In this document: one piece after another, positions 19,467-28,720 of the stretch
Position numbering within the stretch: the first letter of the stretch is position 1
How the letters are laid out: each line of letters starts with the position of its first letter
Origin: an uncultured bacterium
Lineage (GTDB): Bacteria > Patescibacteriota > Microgenomatia > Levybacterales > UBA12049
Assembly: GCA_963826535.1 (NCBI GenBank)
Contig: CAWGXL010000010.1
Span: 426,814-490,813 of the forward strand
Reading direction: 5' to 3'
DNA length: 64,000 bases
Program-made: the position numbers and the translations under genes
Notes under the pieces: generated by a model
The model's input: the letters and a program-made list of their open reading frames with translations, nothing else
Told to the model about the DNA's origin: nothing
The model's database searches: none

Positions 19467-20231
19467 TCATTTTATATCGTCCCAGATATTTTTAAACACC
19501 TCACGCAGATTATGAGCAAGAGTAGCATCTCTGATTTCTAGAAGATAAAAAGGGTGTTCTCGTGTATTTATCATTATCACATAGTTCCCGATAATCCATG
19601 TGGTTGCTGTAAATTGGCTCGCCTTGCTCCAGAACTTAATTTCCCGCCTTGTATATATATCTTTAAGCGCCTGCTCGGTCTGAGATGTATTGCTCAATAA
19701 TTTTACTGTCAGACCAAAATGTTCATGTTCCCAAAGCCATTCAAGCCATTTTTTATAATGCTCAACAAGTGTGTGATCCTGAAAACCCCAATTTATACCA
19801 TCAGTTTTCATTGCGTCTTTATACCAATTTTTCGAACGGGTATACAAATACTCCTCCAGTTGATTTTCTTCGATAAATCGGATTCGTGGTACCGAAAATT
19901 TTTCTGTTTTGAATAGTTGCGAGAGATCTGCAACAGTCTGGTTTATTAATCCTTCTTTTTTACCCAATGCAACCTTTTCTTTTTCTATAAGATTACCAAG
20001 CTCCATTGGCGGCAATGCAACTAAAGAAATTTTTTTACCGGCAAGATCTTCTGCAATAACCCCCTTAGCAACAAGGCTTTTAGCAATCGCGTACACAGTC
20101 ACTCTCTTAATATTGGTTATTGTGGCAAGCTCAACAGGTGTAGCTCGACCAAGACCAAGTAATGCTTTATAGACCTCAATCTCTTTTTGCTTGAATCCAA
20201 GCCTTATTAGATTTAAATAAAGATTTTCCAT
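19467..20231 (-). CDS. TrmB-like transcriptional regulator
   Basis: LGFKQKEIEVYKALLGLG...IKRVTVYAIAKSLVAKG; ends FKNIWD; divergent from the ABC operon. Confidence 0.85.
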   Translation of the reverse strand: MENLYLNLIRLGFKQKEIEVYKALLGLGRATPVELATITNIKRVTVYAIAKSLVAKGVIAEDLAGKKISLVALPPMELGNLIEKEKVALGKKEGLINQTVADLSQLFKTEKFSVPRIRFIEENQLEEYLYTRSKNWYKDAMKTDGINWGFQDHTLVEHYKKWLEWLWEHEHFGLTVKLLSNTSQTEQALKDIYTRREIKFWSKASQFTATTWIIGNYVIMINTREHPFYLLEIRDATLAHNLREVFKNIWDDIK

Positions 20232-20318
20232 AATTTTATTATACATTGTTGTCAAAATATTGTCAACATATGTCGGACAAATCTTGACATAGTAAACTTT
20301 TTTAGCTACAATCTCACA

Positions 20319-21179
20319 ATGAAAAACTCAATAATCATTTTACTAGTAGCTATATTATCACTAGCGGTCTCGTTTATTGGAACTAGAATTTTTTTAACAA
20401 ACACAGATCAAAACCAAGACCTTTTAGCTAAAGTTTTGGACCGTGGAGAAATTCGAGCCGGGTATATCGTCTATCCTCCATCATTTATTAAAGACCCGGC
20501 TACAGGAAAGATGTCAGGTATTACTTACGATGCTATAGAAAAAGCGGGTAGAAATCTTGAACTTAAAATAAATTGGGTAGAGGAAACAGGTTGGGGAACC
20601 ATGATTGAAGGCTTAAATACCGAAAGATATGACATTGTTGTGAGTGGAATATGGCCGAACTCTGTACGAGGAAAAAATGCTGACTTTACAATCCCTTTAT
20701 ATTACAGTGCAGTTGGCATTTATACACGTACCAATGATGATCGTTTCTACGAATTAAGTAAAATAAATAATAAAGATGTAACTATCGCTACAATTGACGG
20801 CGAAATGTCATCTTTTATCACTAAAGCAACATTTCCGAAGGCTAAGACTCTTTCCTTGACACAGGATGCACAGATTTCCCAATTGTTGCTTAATATAAAA
20901 ACCGGAAAAGCTGATGTGACTTTTGTTGAAACAGCAATAGCCCAAGAATTTCTAGCAAACAATCCTGACTCGATAAAAAATATTGTACCAAACAACCCAA
21001 TACGATCCTTCGGTAACTCTATTCTTGTACCGAAAAATCAGGAGGGTTTCAAATCAATGATGAATACTGCTCTCGAAGAATTATTTAACAGCGGGTACAT
21101 AGATGAATTACTAAAGAAATACGAAAAATATCCCGACTCATTATATCCGGTAGCGAAGCCATATGCCACTCCCATCTAG
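20319..21179 (+). CDS. Polar amino-acid ABC substrate-binding protein (paralog 1)
   Basis: RAGYIVYPP, WGTMIEGL..RYD, GKADV; SBP family 3 pattern. Confidence 0.88.
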   Translation: MKNSIIILLVAILSLAVSFIGTRIFLTNTDQNQDLLAKVLDRGEIRAGYIVYPPSFIKDPATGKMSGITYDAIEKAGRNLELKINWVEETGWGTMIEGLNTERYDIVVSGIWPNSVRGKNADFTIPLYYSAVGIYTRTNDDRFYELSKINNKDVTIATIDGEMSSFITKATFPKAKTLSLTQDAQISQLLLNIKTGKADVTFVETAIAQEFLANNPDSIKNIVPNNPIRSFGNSILVPKNQEGFKSMMNTALEELFNSGYIDELLKKYEKYPDSLYPVAKPYATPI

Positions 21180-21206
21180 CTCACTATGATATAATCCATT
21201 AAGTCT

Positions 21207-22067
21207 ATGAACACTACAAAAACAATTCTACTTGTAATCGTAGTGGCGCTAATTACATCTTTAATCGGAGTCAAGATTTTTTCCGACAACACAAGCAAAA
21301 AGGAAGACCTTTTAGCCAAAGTTTTGGCAAAAGGTGAAATTCGTGCTGCATATTTCATATATTCGCCGACATTTATTAAAGATCCCAATACTGGAAAATT
21401 CTCTGGCATTTTCCATGACGCTCTCGAAGAAGCTGGGGGGAACCTCAACTTAAAAATTAATTGGGTTGAAGAAGTCGGCTATGGCGAGATGCTCGAAGGT
21501 CTGAATGCCGGGCGATACGATATTATTGGGAGTAATGTATGGCCTAACTCAACACGTGGGAAAAATGCGGACTTCACTATTCCATTATATTACAGCGGGG
21601 TTGGTATTTATACCCGTACTGGTGATGACCGTTTCTCTGACTTAAGTAGTATAAATAATAAGGAAGTTACAATCTCTACAATTGACGGCGAGATGTCCTC
21701 CTTCATTGCCAAGACAACTTTTCCGAATGCCAAAACGCTCTCACTACCACAAAATACACAGTTTTCACAAATATTGCTCAATATAAAAACTGGTAAAGCA
21801 GACTTAACTTTTGTGGATGAAGCAATAGCCCAAGAATTTTTAGCTAACAACCCGGACTCAGTGCAAAATATTGTGCCAGGTAATCCAATCAGGTACTTTG
21901 GCAACACTATAGTTGTACCGAAAAATCAGGAAGGGTTCAAATCAATGATTAACACTGCTCTGGAAGAGTTGTTAAACAATGGATATATAGATGAATTAAT
22001 AAAGAAATACGAAAAACATCCCGGCTCGTTATATCCGGTAGCAAAACCGTATACTCCGCCTAATTAA
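21207..22067 (+). CDS. Polar amino-acid ABC substrate-binding protein (paralog 2)
   Basis: Closely similar to paralog 1, same 286-aa length. Confidence 0.88.
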   Translation: MNTTKTILLVIVVALITSLIGVKIFSDNTSKKEDLLAKVLAKGEIRAAYFIYSPTFIKDPNTGKFSGIFHDALEEAGGNLNLKINWVEEVGYGEMLEGLNAGRYDIIGSNVWPNSTRGKNADFTIPLYYSGVGIYTRTGDDRFSDLSSINNKEVTISTIDGEMSSFIAKTTFPNAKTLSLPQNTQFSQILLNIKTGKADLTFVDEAIAQEFLANNPDSVQNIVPGNPIRYFGNTIVVPKNQEGFKSMINTALEELLNNGYIDELIKKYEKHPGSLYPVAKPYTPPN

Positions 22068-22074
22068 TTCATAT

Positions 22075-22935
22075 ATGAATATAAAAACTATTTTACTCGT
22101 TGTTATAGTTGCTATTATTGCTTCTTTTGTGACGTCCAAAATTTTATCGGATAAAACATATAATTCGAACAACATGCTGGATACAGTTTTAGAAAAAGGA
22201 AAAATCCGAGCTGCATATTTAGTCTATCCGCCGTATTTTATTAAAGACACTAAGACCGGGAAATTTTCAGGCATATTTTACGATATAACAGAGTTATTAG
22301 GTAAAAAACTTGATCTAAAAGTAGAATGGACTGAAGAGGTTGGCTTTGCGGATATATTTACAGGTCTTGACAGTGGACGCTATGATGTTTTTGCAGGAGG
22401 ACTCTGGCCCGGCGCAACTCGCGCAAAAGCCGGATATTTCTCAACTCCCGTTTTTTACAGTCTAATAAAAGCCTGGGGAAGAGCCGATGATCATAGGTTT
22501 GACAACAATCTCGCGGCTATTAATTCTCCAAACGTTCATATTTCCACTATAGACGGAGCAATGGAGGATATTATTGCCAAAGCAGATTTTGAAAAAGCAC
22601 AAAGAGAATCATTGCCCCAACTAAGTCCATTTACACAAAATTTTCTAAATATTACCTCTGGCAAGGCAGACGTTACATTTGCAGAACCTTCTTCTGTTCA
22701 CTTCTTTTTGAAAAACAATCCAGGCACACTGAGAGAAATCGCTCCGAACCAGCCATTACGTATATTTGGAAACAGCCTAGTCTTAAAAAGGGGGGAAGAT
22801 GAATTTAAGCAGGTGATTGACGCAGCCATCGATGAAGCCGTCTTTAGCGGAGAGATAGATAAGATTTTAAAAAAATATGAATCTTCTCCGGATGAATTCC
22901 CCAGACCCGCACTTCCTTATGCCCAGACTAATTAA
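22075..22935 (+). CDS. Polar amino-acid ABC substrate-binding protein (paralog 3)
   Basis: Same motifs, more diverged, 286 aa. Confidence 0.88.
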   Translation: MNIKTILLVVIVAIIASFVTSKILSDKTYNSNNMLDTVLEKGKIRAAYLVYPPYFIKDTKTGKFSGIFYDITELLGKKLDLKVEWTEEVGFADIFTGLDSGRYDVFAGGLWPGATRAKAGYFSTPVFYSLIKAWGRADDHRFDNNLAAINSPNVHISTIDGAMEDIIAKADFEKAQRESLPQLSPFTQNFLNITSGKADVTFAEPSSVHFFLKNNPGTLREIAPNQPLRIFGNSLVLKRGEDEFKQVIDAAIDEAVFSGEIDKILKKYESSPDEFPRPALPYAQTN

Positions 22936-22938
22936 CGC

Positions 22939-23604
22939 ATGAACGTAATAGATATCATAATTAATTTTAGAGAAGCTCTTGTCGCTGGACTTCTTGTCAC
23001 TTTAGGATTATGCCTTATTGTTTGGCTATCAGGCATGATATTTGGCGTGCTCTTTGGTTGGCTTGCTCACCGTAAACAAGAAAATGTCGGATACGCTTTA
23101 AAAATTTCGTCATTTCTTTTAGCAAGTATTCCTCTTCTGGTTTTATTATTTTGGCTTCACTACCCACTCCAAGAATTGTTAGGAGTTGTAATTATTCCAT
23201 TCATCACAGCGGCAGTAGCTCTTTCACTTCTAAATATCGTTAGTGTTGCCCAAATAGTAAGAGACGTGCTTGCTGAATTTCCGGAGGAATACAGAATAGC
23301 AGGAAAAGTTTGCGGACTTTCAGAAAAAGAAATTTTTGCCAAAATAGAATTCCCGATTATCTTTCGTCAAATCATTCCTCAATTTCTGACCCTGCAAGTG
23401 AACATGCTCCAAATGACTTTATTTGCAAGTCTTATTTCTGTTGAAGAAATCTTCCGCGTTGCCCAAAGAATAAATTCAATGATTTACAAACCTGTCGAGA
23501 TTTATACAGCGCTCGCGATCTTTTTCATTGGTATCTGTCTGCCCCTAAATATTCTTGCCTACTGGCTGAAAAACAAATACACGAGAAATTTATCTGAAAA
23601 ATAA
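22939..23604 (+). CDS. Amino-acid ABC permease
   Basis: GLLVTL, IPLLVLLFW, ASLISVEE; HisM/GlnP-like. Confidence 0.85.
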   Translation: MNVIDIIINFREALVAGLLVTLGLCLIVWLSGMIFGVLFGWLAHRKQENVGYALKISSFLLASIPLLVLLFWLHYPLQELLGVVIIPFITAAVALSLLNIVSVAQIVRDVLAEFPEEYRIAGKVCGLSEKEIFAKIEFPIIFRQIIPQFLTLQVNMLQMTLFASLISVEEIFRVAQRINSMIYKPVEIYTALAIFFIGICLPLNILAYWLKNKYTRNLSEK

Positions 23605-23605
23605 T

Positions 23606-24325
23606 ATGCTACAAGCAACTAACATTACAAAATCAATAAATGGCAGAAGTATACTAAAAGACGTTTCACTTTCGCTGAAAAGCGGAGAAATAGTTTCCAT
23701 AATCGGCCCCAGCGGAGCAGGAAAAACTAGTTTACTTCGGGCAATCTCATTGATTGATCTGCCAAACTCCGGCTCTTTGACTATTGGAAAAGAAATCTAT
23801 CAATTCCCCATAATTCAAAGTGAATTGCTGAGATTGCCATACCCTGATTTAACAGTTGTATTCCAACAACTCTTTATCTGGCCGCATTTAACAATCAGAC
23901 AAAATCTCACCCTTCCGCTGAGAGAAAATATTGACCAAAAACACTTTAAAGAAATGACTGCATTGTTCCAAATGAATTCGTTTTTAGATAGGTATCCGAA
24001 CGAAGTATCTCTAGGCCAACGCCAAAGAGCCGCACTCGTACGCGCTTTATTACTAAAACCAAAATATCTCCTGCTCGATGAGGTAACCTCTGCTTTAGAT
24101 ATAGAACAATCACATCTTATCCTAAGTCACCTCAAGCATATTGCCGAAAAGGGTGTTGGTATAATGTTTGTGAGCCACGCACTGCATTACGTCAGCAAAA
24201 TCAGCGATAAGGTTATCTTTCTCGATAATGGATTAGTTTCAGAAGAAGGAAAAAACGACATTTTGACTAAACCAAAAACAGAGCGGCTGAGAAAATTTAT
24301 TAAAGTTTCCCAACAAATTTTTTAA
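23606..24325 (+). CDS. Amino-acid ABC ATPase
   Basis: GPSGAGKT, VFQQ, SLGQRQR, LDEVTSALD. Confidence 0.9.
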   Translation: MLQATNITKSINGRSILKDVSLSLKSGEIVSIIGPSGAGKTSLLRAISLIDLPNSGSLTIGKEIYQFPIIQSELLRLPYPDLTVVFQQLFIWPHLTIRQNLTLPLRENIDQKHFKEMTALFQMNSFLDRYPNEVSLGQRQRAALVRALLLKPKYLLLDEVTSALDIEQSHLILSHLKHIAEKGVGIMFVSHALHYVSKISDKVIFLDNGLVSEEGKNDILTKPKTERLRKFIKVSQQIF

Positions 24326-24401
24326 CTCATTCATCCACCTACATGCAAATCTCAAATAAATCTTGTATAATTATACATTAGGGACTTGTGCCTTATAAAT
24401 T

Positions 24402-25616
24402 ATGAAATCACGCAAAGTTCTTTTCTTAGAAGCATCAGGCGGCGGCGGCCACATTAGTATCACCACCTCAATTATTCAATCTCTCAAAAAAGAAAATCCA
24501 AATATTGAAACTGTACGCGTTGATGTAATGCCATCTTTGGCCCACAAACTCTACCAACTTGCCAGCCGACAATTTGTCAATGCCTTTCTTCTTCTTTATA
24601 AAGCCACCGACAACCAACAAAGCGAACGTTTCACTTCAAGACTAAACCACGTAGTAAGTAGGGAAAAACTAACAAAGGCGATCGAAGAAGCAAAACCTGA
24701 CCTGATATTTAGTAATTATTCATTAGCAATTGGTGAAATCCCAAAAATTCTTGAAGAAATAAACAAGCCTATACCTTTTATAGTTTTTGTTCCTGATCCA
24801 TTTACAGTCCATAACATTTATCTTTCCAAAAAAACCGATATGACTCTTGTATCAACCCTTACAGCATACCTTGCTGCTTTACACAAGGGCATTTCTCCGG
24901 AGCGTTTGGATATTACGGGACACCCTGTTCGCGAAGAATTCATTAAAAAGCCTTCAAATATAAAAGCCTTCAGACGGCAGCTTGGACTCGACCCTGATGC
25001 CTTTACAATTTTCTTCGGAGGATCAGGCCATGGTGCGGAAAAAACTCTGGAAATTTTGATTTATCTGGGTGCGAAACCAAGTGGAAATCTAATCAAGCGT
25101 CTTATTCGTTCTGCTAATCTTGATTATAAAACATATTATAAATTATTTTTTAAATTCGTAAAGCGTAAAAATAGAAATATGCCGCCTTTCCAGGCAATAT
25201 GTGTTTGTGGTGACAATATTGAATTAAAAAAAAATTTAGAAATGCTAGAATTTCCACCCTATATTAAACCGGTAATCTATTTACATTCAGATAATATAGC
25301 CTCACTAGTTCACGCTTCTGATTTGGTCTGTGGGAAAGCAGGCCCCAATATCATACTTGAGTCAGTTATGGCTGGCATTCCATTTCTAGCAACCTACCAT
25401 ATCAAGGGACAAGAAGATGGTAATATTAATTTTATAAAGTCAACTCAACTGGGATTTGTAGAAGAAAATCCGCAAAATACCGCTGTCCTAATCGAAACTA
25501 TTTTAAAAAACAAAAAACTCTTAAGTTACACAAATCCAGGAATTTCCTATGTGTTACAAGAACACAAAAATGCTGCAACAAAAATAGCGAATCATATAAT
25601 AAAATATCTTAATTAA
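24402..25616 (+). CDS. MGDG synthase/UgtP-like glycosyltransferase (GT28)
   Basis: GGGGH, TGHPVR, GGSGHG, KAGP..ILE, GQEDGN. Confidence 0.85.
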   Translation: MKSRKVLFLEASGGGGHISITTSIIQSLKKENPNIETVRVDVMPSLAHKLYQLASRQFVNAFLLLYKATDNQQSERFTSRLNHVVSREKLTKAIEEAKPDLIFSNYSLAIGEIPKILEEINKPIPFIVFVPDPFTVHNIYLSKKTDMTLVSTLTAYLAALHKGISPERLDITGHPVREEFIKKPSNIKAFRRQLGLDPDAFTIFFGGSGHGAEKTLEILIYLGAKPSGNLIKRLIRSANLDYKTYYKLFFKFVKRKNRNMPPFQAICVCGDNIELKKNLEMLEFPPYIKPVIYLHSDNIASLVHASDLVCGKAGPNIILESVMAGIPFLATYHIKGQEDGNINFIKSTQLGFVEENPQNTAVLIETILKNKKLLSYTNPGISYVLQEHKNAATKIANHIIKYLN

Positions 25617-25635
25617 AAATAGAATTTATCAAACA

Positions 25636-26070
25636 ATGAAAACAGTAAACGTTGTCGCGCAGACAAAAAACCTGTCGCTAGATTCAGCTTGGAAATTAAT
25701 CACAGAAATTGAAAAATATCCTCAAAGAGTAAAATATGTCAAAAAAGTAAAAGTGTATGGCGCGGGAGTTGGATCGCAGTGGGAAGACCTCACAACTATC
25801 CTTTGGATCCCGCTTACAATGCGGCACACCATTACATCATTTAAAAAAAATGAGGAGTACGGCTTTACTATACCACTTAGCTTTGGGGGGGTAATGAAGC
25901 AAAATTATATAATCTCTAAGGAAAAACGGGATGCTGTAACAATAAAAGGATCAATAACATATGACTTGGGAAATAAATTTCTCAACAACACAATAGGCTC
26001 TATACTAAACCGCCGACTAAAAAAAATGCTTTTATCATCCATTCGAAATATAGACGGAGAAGTATTATAA
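25636..26070 (+). CDS. SRPBCC/START-fold protein
   Basis: AWKLITEIEKYP...GVGSQW pattern. Confidence 0.7.
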   Translation: MKTVNVVAQTKNLSLDSAWKLITEIEKYPQRVKYVKKVKVYGAGVGSQWEDLTTILWIPLTMRHTITSFKKNEEYGFTIPLSFGGVMKQNYIISKEKRDAVTIKGSITYDLGNKFLNNTIGSILNRRLKKMLLSSIRNIDGEVL

Positions 26071-26079
26071 TATAAATAC

Positions 26080-27339
26080 ATGAGAATACTATTTGCAACA
26101 GATCAATACTTACCAACTCCCGGTGGGATCTCTATCGTAACGCAAAGAATTTCAGTTGCTCTTGCAAAAAAAGGACATACAGTTGCCGTTATCGCGCCTT
26201 CAAATTCATGGAAATTCAAAAAAGAACTACAAGATAAAGTCGTTATCTTTAGAATTAGTTCATTGCTTGTGCATAAGTTAAAACAACTCCGCTACTCACC
26301 AACATTTCTGTACAAAAATAAAATAAAAAATATCATCAATAATTTCAAACCTGATATCATCCATCTGGAAACACCTAATACTATTGCTAGCGAAACTCTC
26401 CATGTAGCCAAAAAACTAAACATCCCTGTTATTGCCACGTGTCATATTATGCCGGAAAATATTTCAGGCACTCTACCATTCTTACCATCCAAAATTGGGA
26501 AAATGATCGGCAATCTTTATATGAAACAGATAATTAAACTGTTTAACAAAGTAGATTTTGTAACCGCACCCACTCTTATAGGTACTGCAATTTTACAAGC
26601 TAACAACATTAATCGGCCCACACTCGCGCTGTCTAACGGAATTGATCTCCTACAATTTCAATCTCCTTCAAAAGAAGCCCAAACTAACCTTCGCAAAAAA
26701 TATAAACTACCTTCTATTCCTATAATTTTATATATAGGCAGACTGGATAAAGAAAAGAAAGTTGATATTCTTATTGAATCTCTACAATACCTAAAAAAAT
26801 CACAACCATTTTATCTTATACTCGAAGGGAAAGGTCAACAAAAAGAGAACCTGGAAGAACAAGTTCGAAAATTAGGATTACAAAATAATGTCTCCTTCAT
26901 CGGGTATGTAGACGAACATGAGTTACCTATTTTATATGCGATTTCCACAGTGTTTGTAATGCCAAGCACTGCCGAATTGCAAAGCTTGGTGACAATGGAA
27001 GCAATGGCACTTGGCCTTCCGGTCATAGGCGCGCTGGCAGGTGCCTTACCCTACCTTATCAAAAATGATAAAAATGGTTTCCTCTTCGAACCGGATAATC
27101 CTGTAGATTTAGCCCAAAAACTGCAGCTAGTTTTGGAAAACCCCCAATTACAAAAAAACATGTCTGCAGAAAGCCTATCAATAATTAAAGAACACGACAT
27201 TAATAATATTATTGTAAAAATGGAAGCGCTCTACGCAAAAATAATCAAAGATCATTTCAAATCATCTACTATATCAGTAGAAGCAAGCTCACCTGCAATT
27301 ACAAATGAGAGTACGCCAACACTGCTTGACAGAGCGTAA
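26080..27339 (+). CDS. GT4 glycosyltransferase (diacylglycerol glucosyltransferase-like)
   Basis: TDQYLPTPGG, SNGIDL, GRLDKEK, PSTAELQSLVTMEAMA. Confidence 0.88.
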   Translation: MRILFATDQYLPTPGGISIVTQRISVALAKKGHTVAVIAPSNSWKFKKELQDKVVIFRISSLLVHKLKQLRYSPTFLYKNKIKNIINNFKPDIIHLETPNTIASETLHVAKKLNIPVIATCHIMPENISGTLPFLPSKIGKMIGNLYMKQIIKLFNKVDFVTAPTLIGTAILQANNINRPTLALSNGIDLLQFQSPSKEAQTNLRKKYKLPSIPIILYIGRLDKEKKVDILIESLQYLKKSQPFYLILEGKGQQKENLEEQVRKLGLQNNVSFIGYVDEHELPILYAISTVFVMPSTAELQSLVTMEAMALGLPVIGALAGALPYLIKNDKNGFLFEPDNPVDLAQKLQLVLENPQLQKNMSAESLSIIKEHDINNIIVKMEALYAKIIKDHFKSSTISVEASSPAITNESTPTLLDRA

Positions 27340-27384
27340 TCTCTTTGATAATATCAAACGCATACCTGCCCCTTACTCCACTTT

Positions 27385-28119
27385 ATGAAGAACATACTAA
27401 GACGATTAAAACTAGCAGGCATTTTATCTACCTCCCAAGAAAAATCAGAAAATCCAACTATCTCCTCATTTAATTCAATTCCGCAAGCTGGCATTGAAAC
27501 AAAAAATGACAATTTTACAGCAACATCCAGATCGTTCAATAGAAAAATTAAAAAATTTATCAAAAATTCCGCGTTTATTCCATTCGCAATAATATTATTG
27601 CTAGTTATTTTAATTGGATATTATTCAATAAAAACCCTTACTAATACTCAACCATCTTCCACCCTTGGCATAGATGATCAGCGTATAGAGATACAAAAAC
27701 CAAAAAGCCAACAGCAACTAAATAGACAATTCTTATTCCCGCTAAAAGGCACTGATGGCAAAGAAGTTAGTAAATTAAAATTTAGCTTACAAAACTCCGA
27801 ACTCCGTGATGAAATTATAATTAAAGGACAAAAAGCGACGGCTGTACAGGGAAGAACTTTTCTTATTCTAAATTTAAAAATTACGAATGATTATAACAAG
27901 GCTATTCAAATAAATGCCAGAGACTACCTTCGTCTGCAGGTAAATAATTCATCTGAAAAATTAGCCCCTGACATCCACAATGATCCGGTAGAAATACAGG
28001 CAATCTCGACCAAATATACCCGCCTCGGCTTTCCTATCAATGATATTGATAAAAATTTACTTTTACAGGTTGGAGAGATAACATCAGGTAAGGAATACAT
28101 AAAGTTAGATCTAAAATAA
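27385..28119 (+). CDS. Membrane-anchored hypothetical protein with probable Ig-like domain
   Basis: Single TM then GRTFLILNLKITN...PDIHNDPV; DUF4352-like impression only. Confidence 0.55.
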   Translation: MKNILRRLKLAGILSTSQEKSENPTISSFNSIPQAGIETKNDNFTATSRSFNRKIKKFIKNSAFIPFAIILLLVILIGYYSIKTLTNTQPSSTLGIDDQRIEIQKPKSQQQLNRQFLFPLKGTDGKEVSKLKFSLQNSELRDEIIIKGQKATAVQGRTFLILNLKITNDYNKAIQINARDYLRLQVNNSSEKLAPDIHNDPVEIQAISTKYTRLGFPINDIDKNLLLQVGEITSGKEYIKLDLK

Positions 28120-28125
28120 ATTTCA

Positions 28126-28302
28126 ATGAAAGATTATTCATCCAAACAAATAAGCCAACAATTAATTGAAGAAATAGCTGAAGCGTTAAAAAATATTCGC
28201 GGATGGGGAAGTGTAGAAATCTTCGTACAGGATTTTAAAGTTGTACAAATTGTAGAAAGAAATATCAAAAAAACTCACATTCATGCATCCAATAAAAACT
28301 AA
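28126..28302 (+). CDS. DUF2292/YezD-like small protein (58 aa)
   Basis: Manual translation ...IAEALKNIRGWGSVEIFVQDFKVVQIVER matches the DUF2292 GSVEIxVxDxxVVQI pattern; below ORF-track cutoff. Confidence 0.75.
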   Translation: MKDYSSKQISQQLIEEIAEALKNIRGWGSVEIFVQDFKVVQIVERNIKKTHIHASNKN

Positions 28303-28437
28303 TTTTCTTACAATTTACTGTCTTGACAAACCATCAACATTTCGTATATATTATTATAGTTCTTATATTTTTCTAAAAATTCTTAAAAAATATTAGAAAA
28401 TTGACAAAATAAATTACTATTGCTGACCGCAAACGGA

Positions 28438-28486
28438 GGCATCTTTTAATGAGTTTACTCAAGCTCATTAAAAGATGCCTTTTTTG
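28438..28486 (+). terminator. Leader terminator 1
   Basis: Perfect 16-bp stem GGCATCTTTTAATGAG/CTCATTAAAAGATGCC followed by T-tract. Confidence 0.8.
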
Positions 28487-28581
28487 GTAATTGTAATTTG
28501 TATTACAGAATTAATTAATAATAATGCCTAATATAAAGGACATGAAGATGGATTTGTTAAAAATATTTCTACAATCTCATC

Positions 28582-28639
28582 AAAAAACGGGGGCTTTTCA
28601 AGCTAACACAGATTAGCTTGAGAAGTATCCGTTTTTTTT
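28582..28639 (+). terminator. Leader terminator 2
   Basis: AAAAAACGG..CTTTTCAAGCTAA/TTAGCTTGAGAAG..CCGTTTTTTTT long hairpin with T-tract. Confidence 0.7.
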
Positions 28640-28720
28640 GGGGTAAACAGCCAGAAAACGGAGAAGGAAGTGCCTCGATTTAATCGGGGATCTCGGTCAA
28701 GAAAGGAGGTGAATTATATA

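Noticed and set aside
28670-28720. GTG start at 28670 for the first repeat protein
   Set aside because: The strong SD and the signal peptide fit ATG 28721; the extension runs through a palindrome
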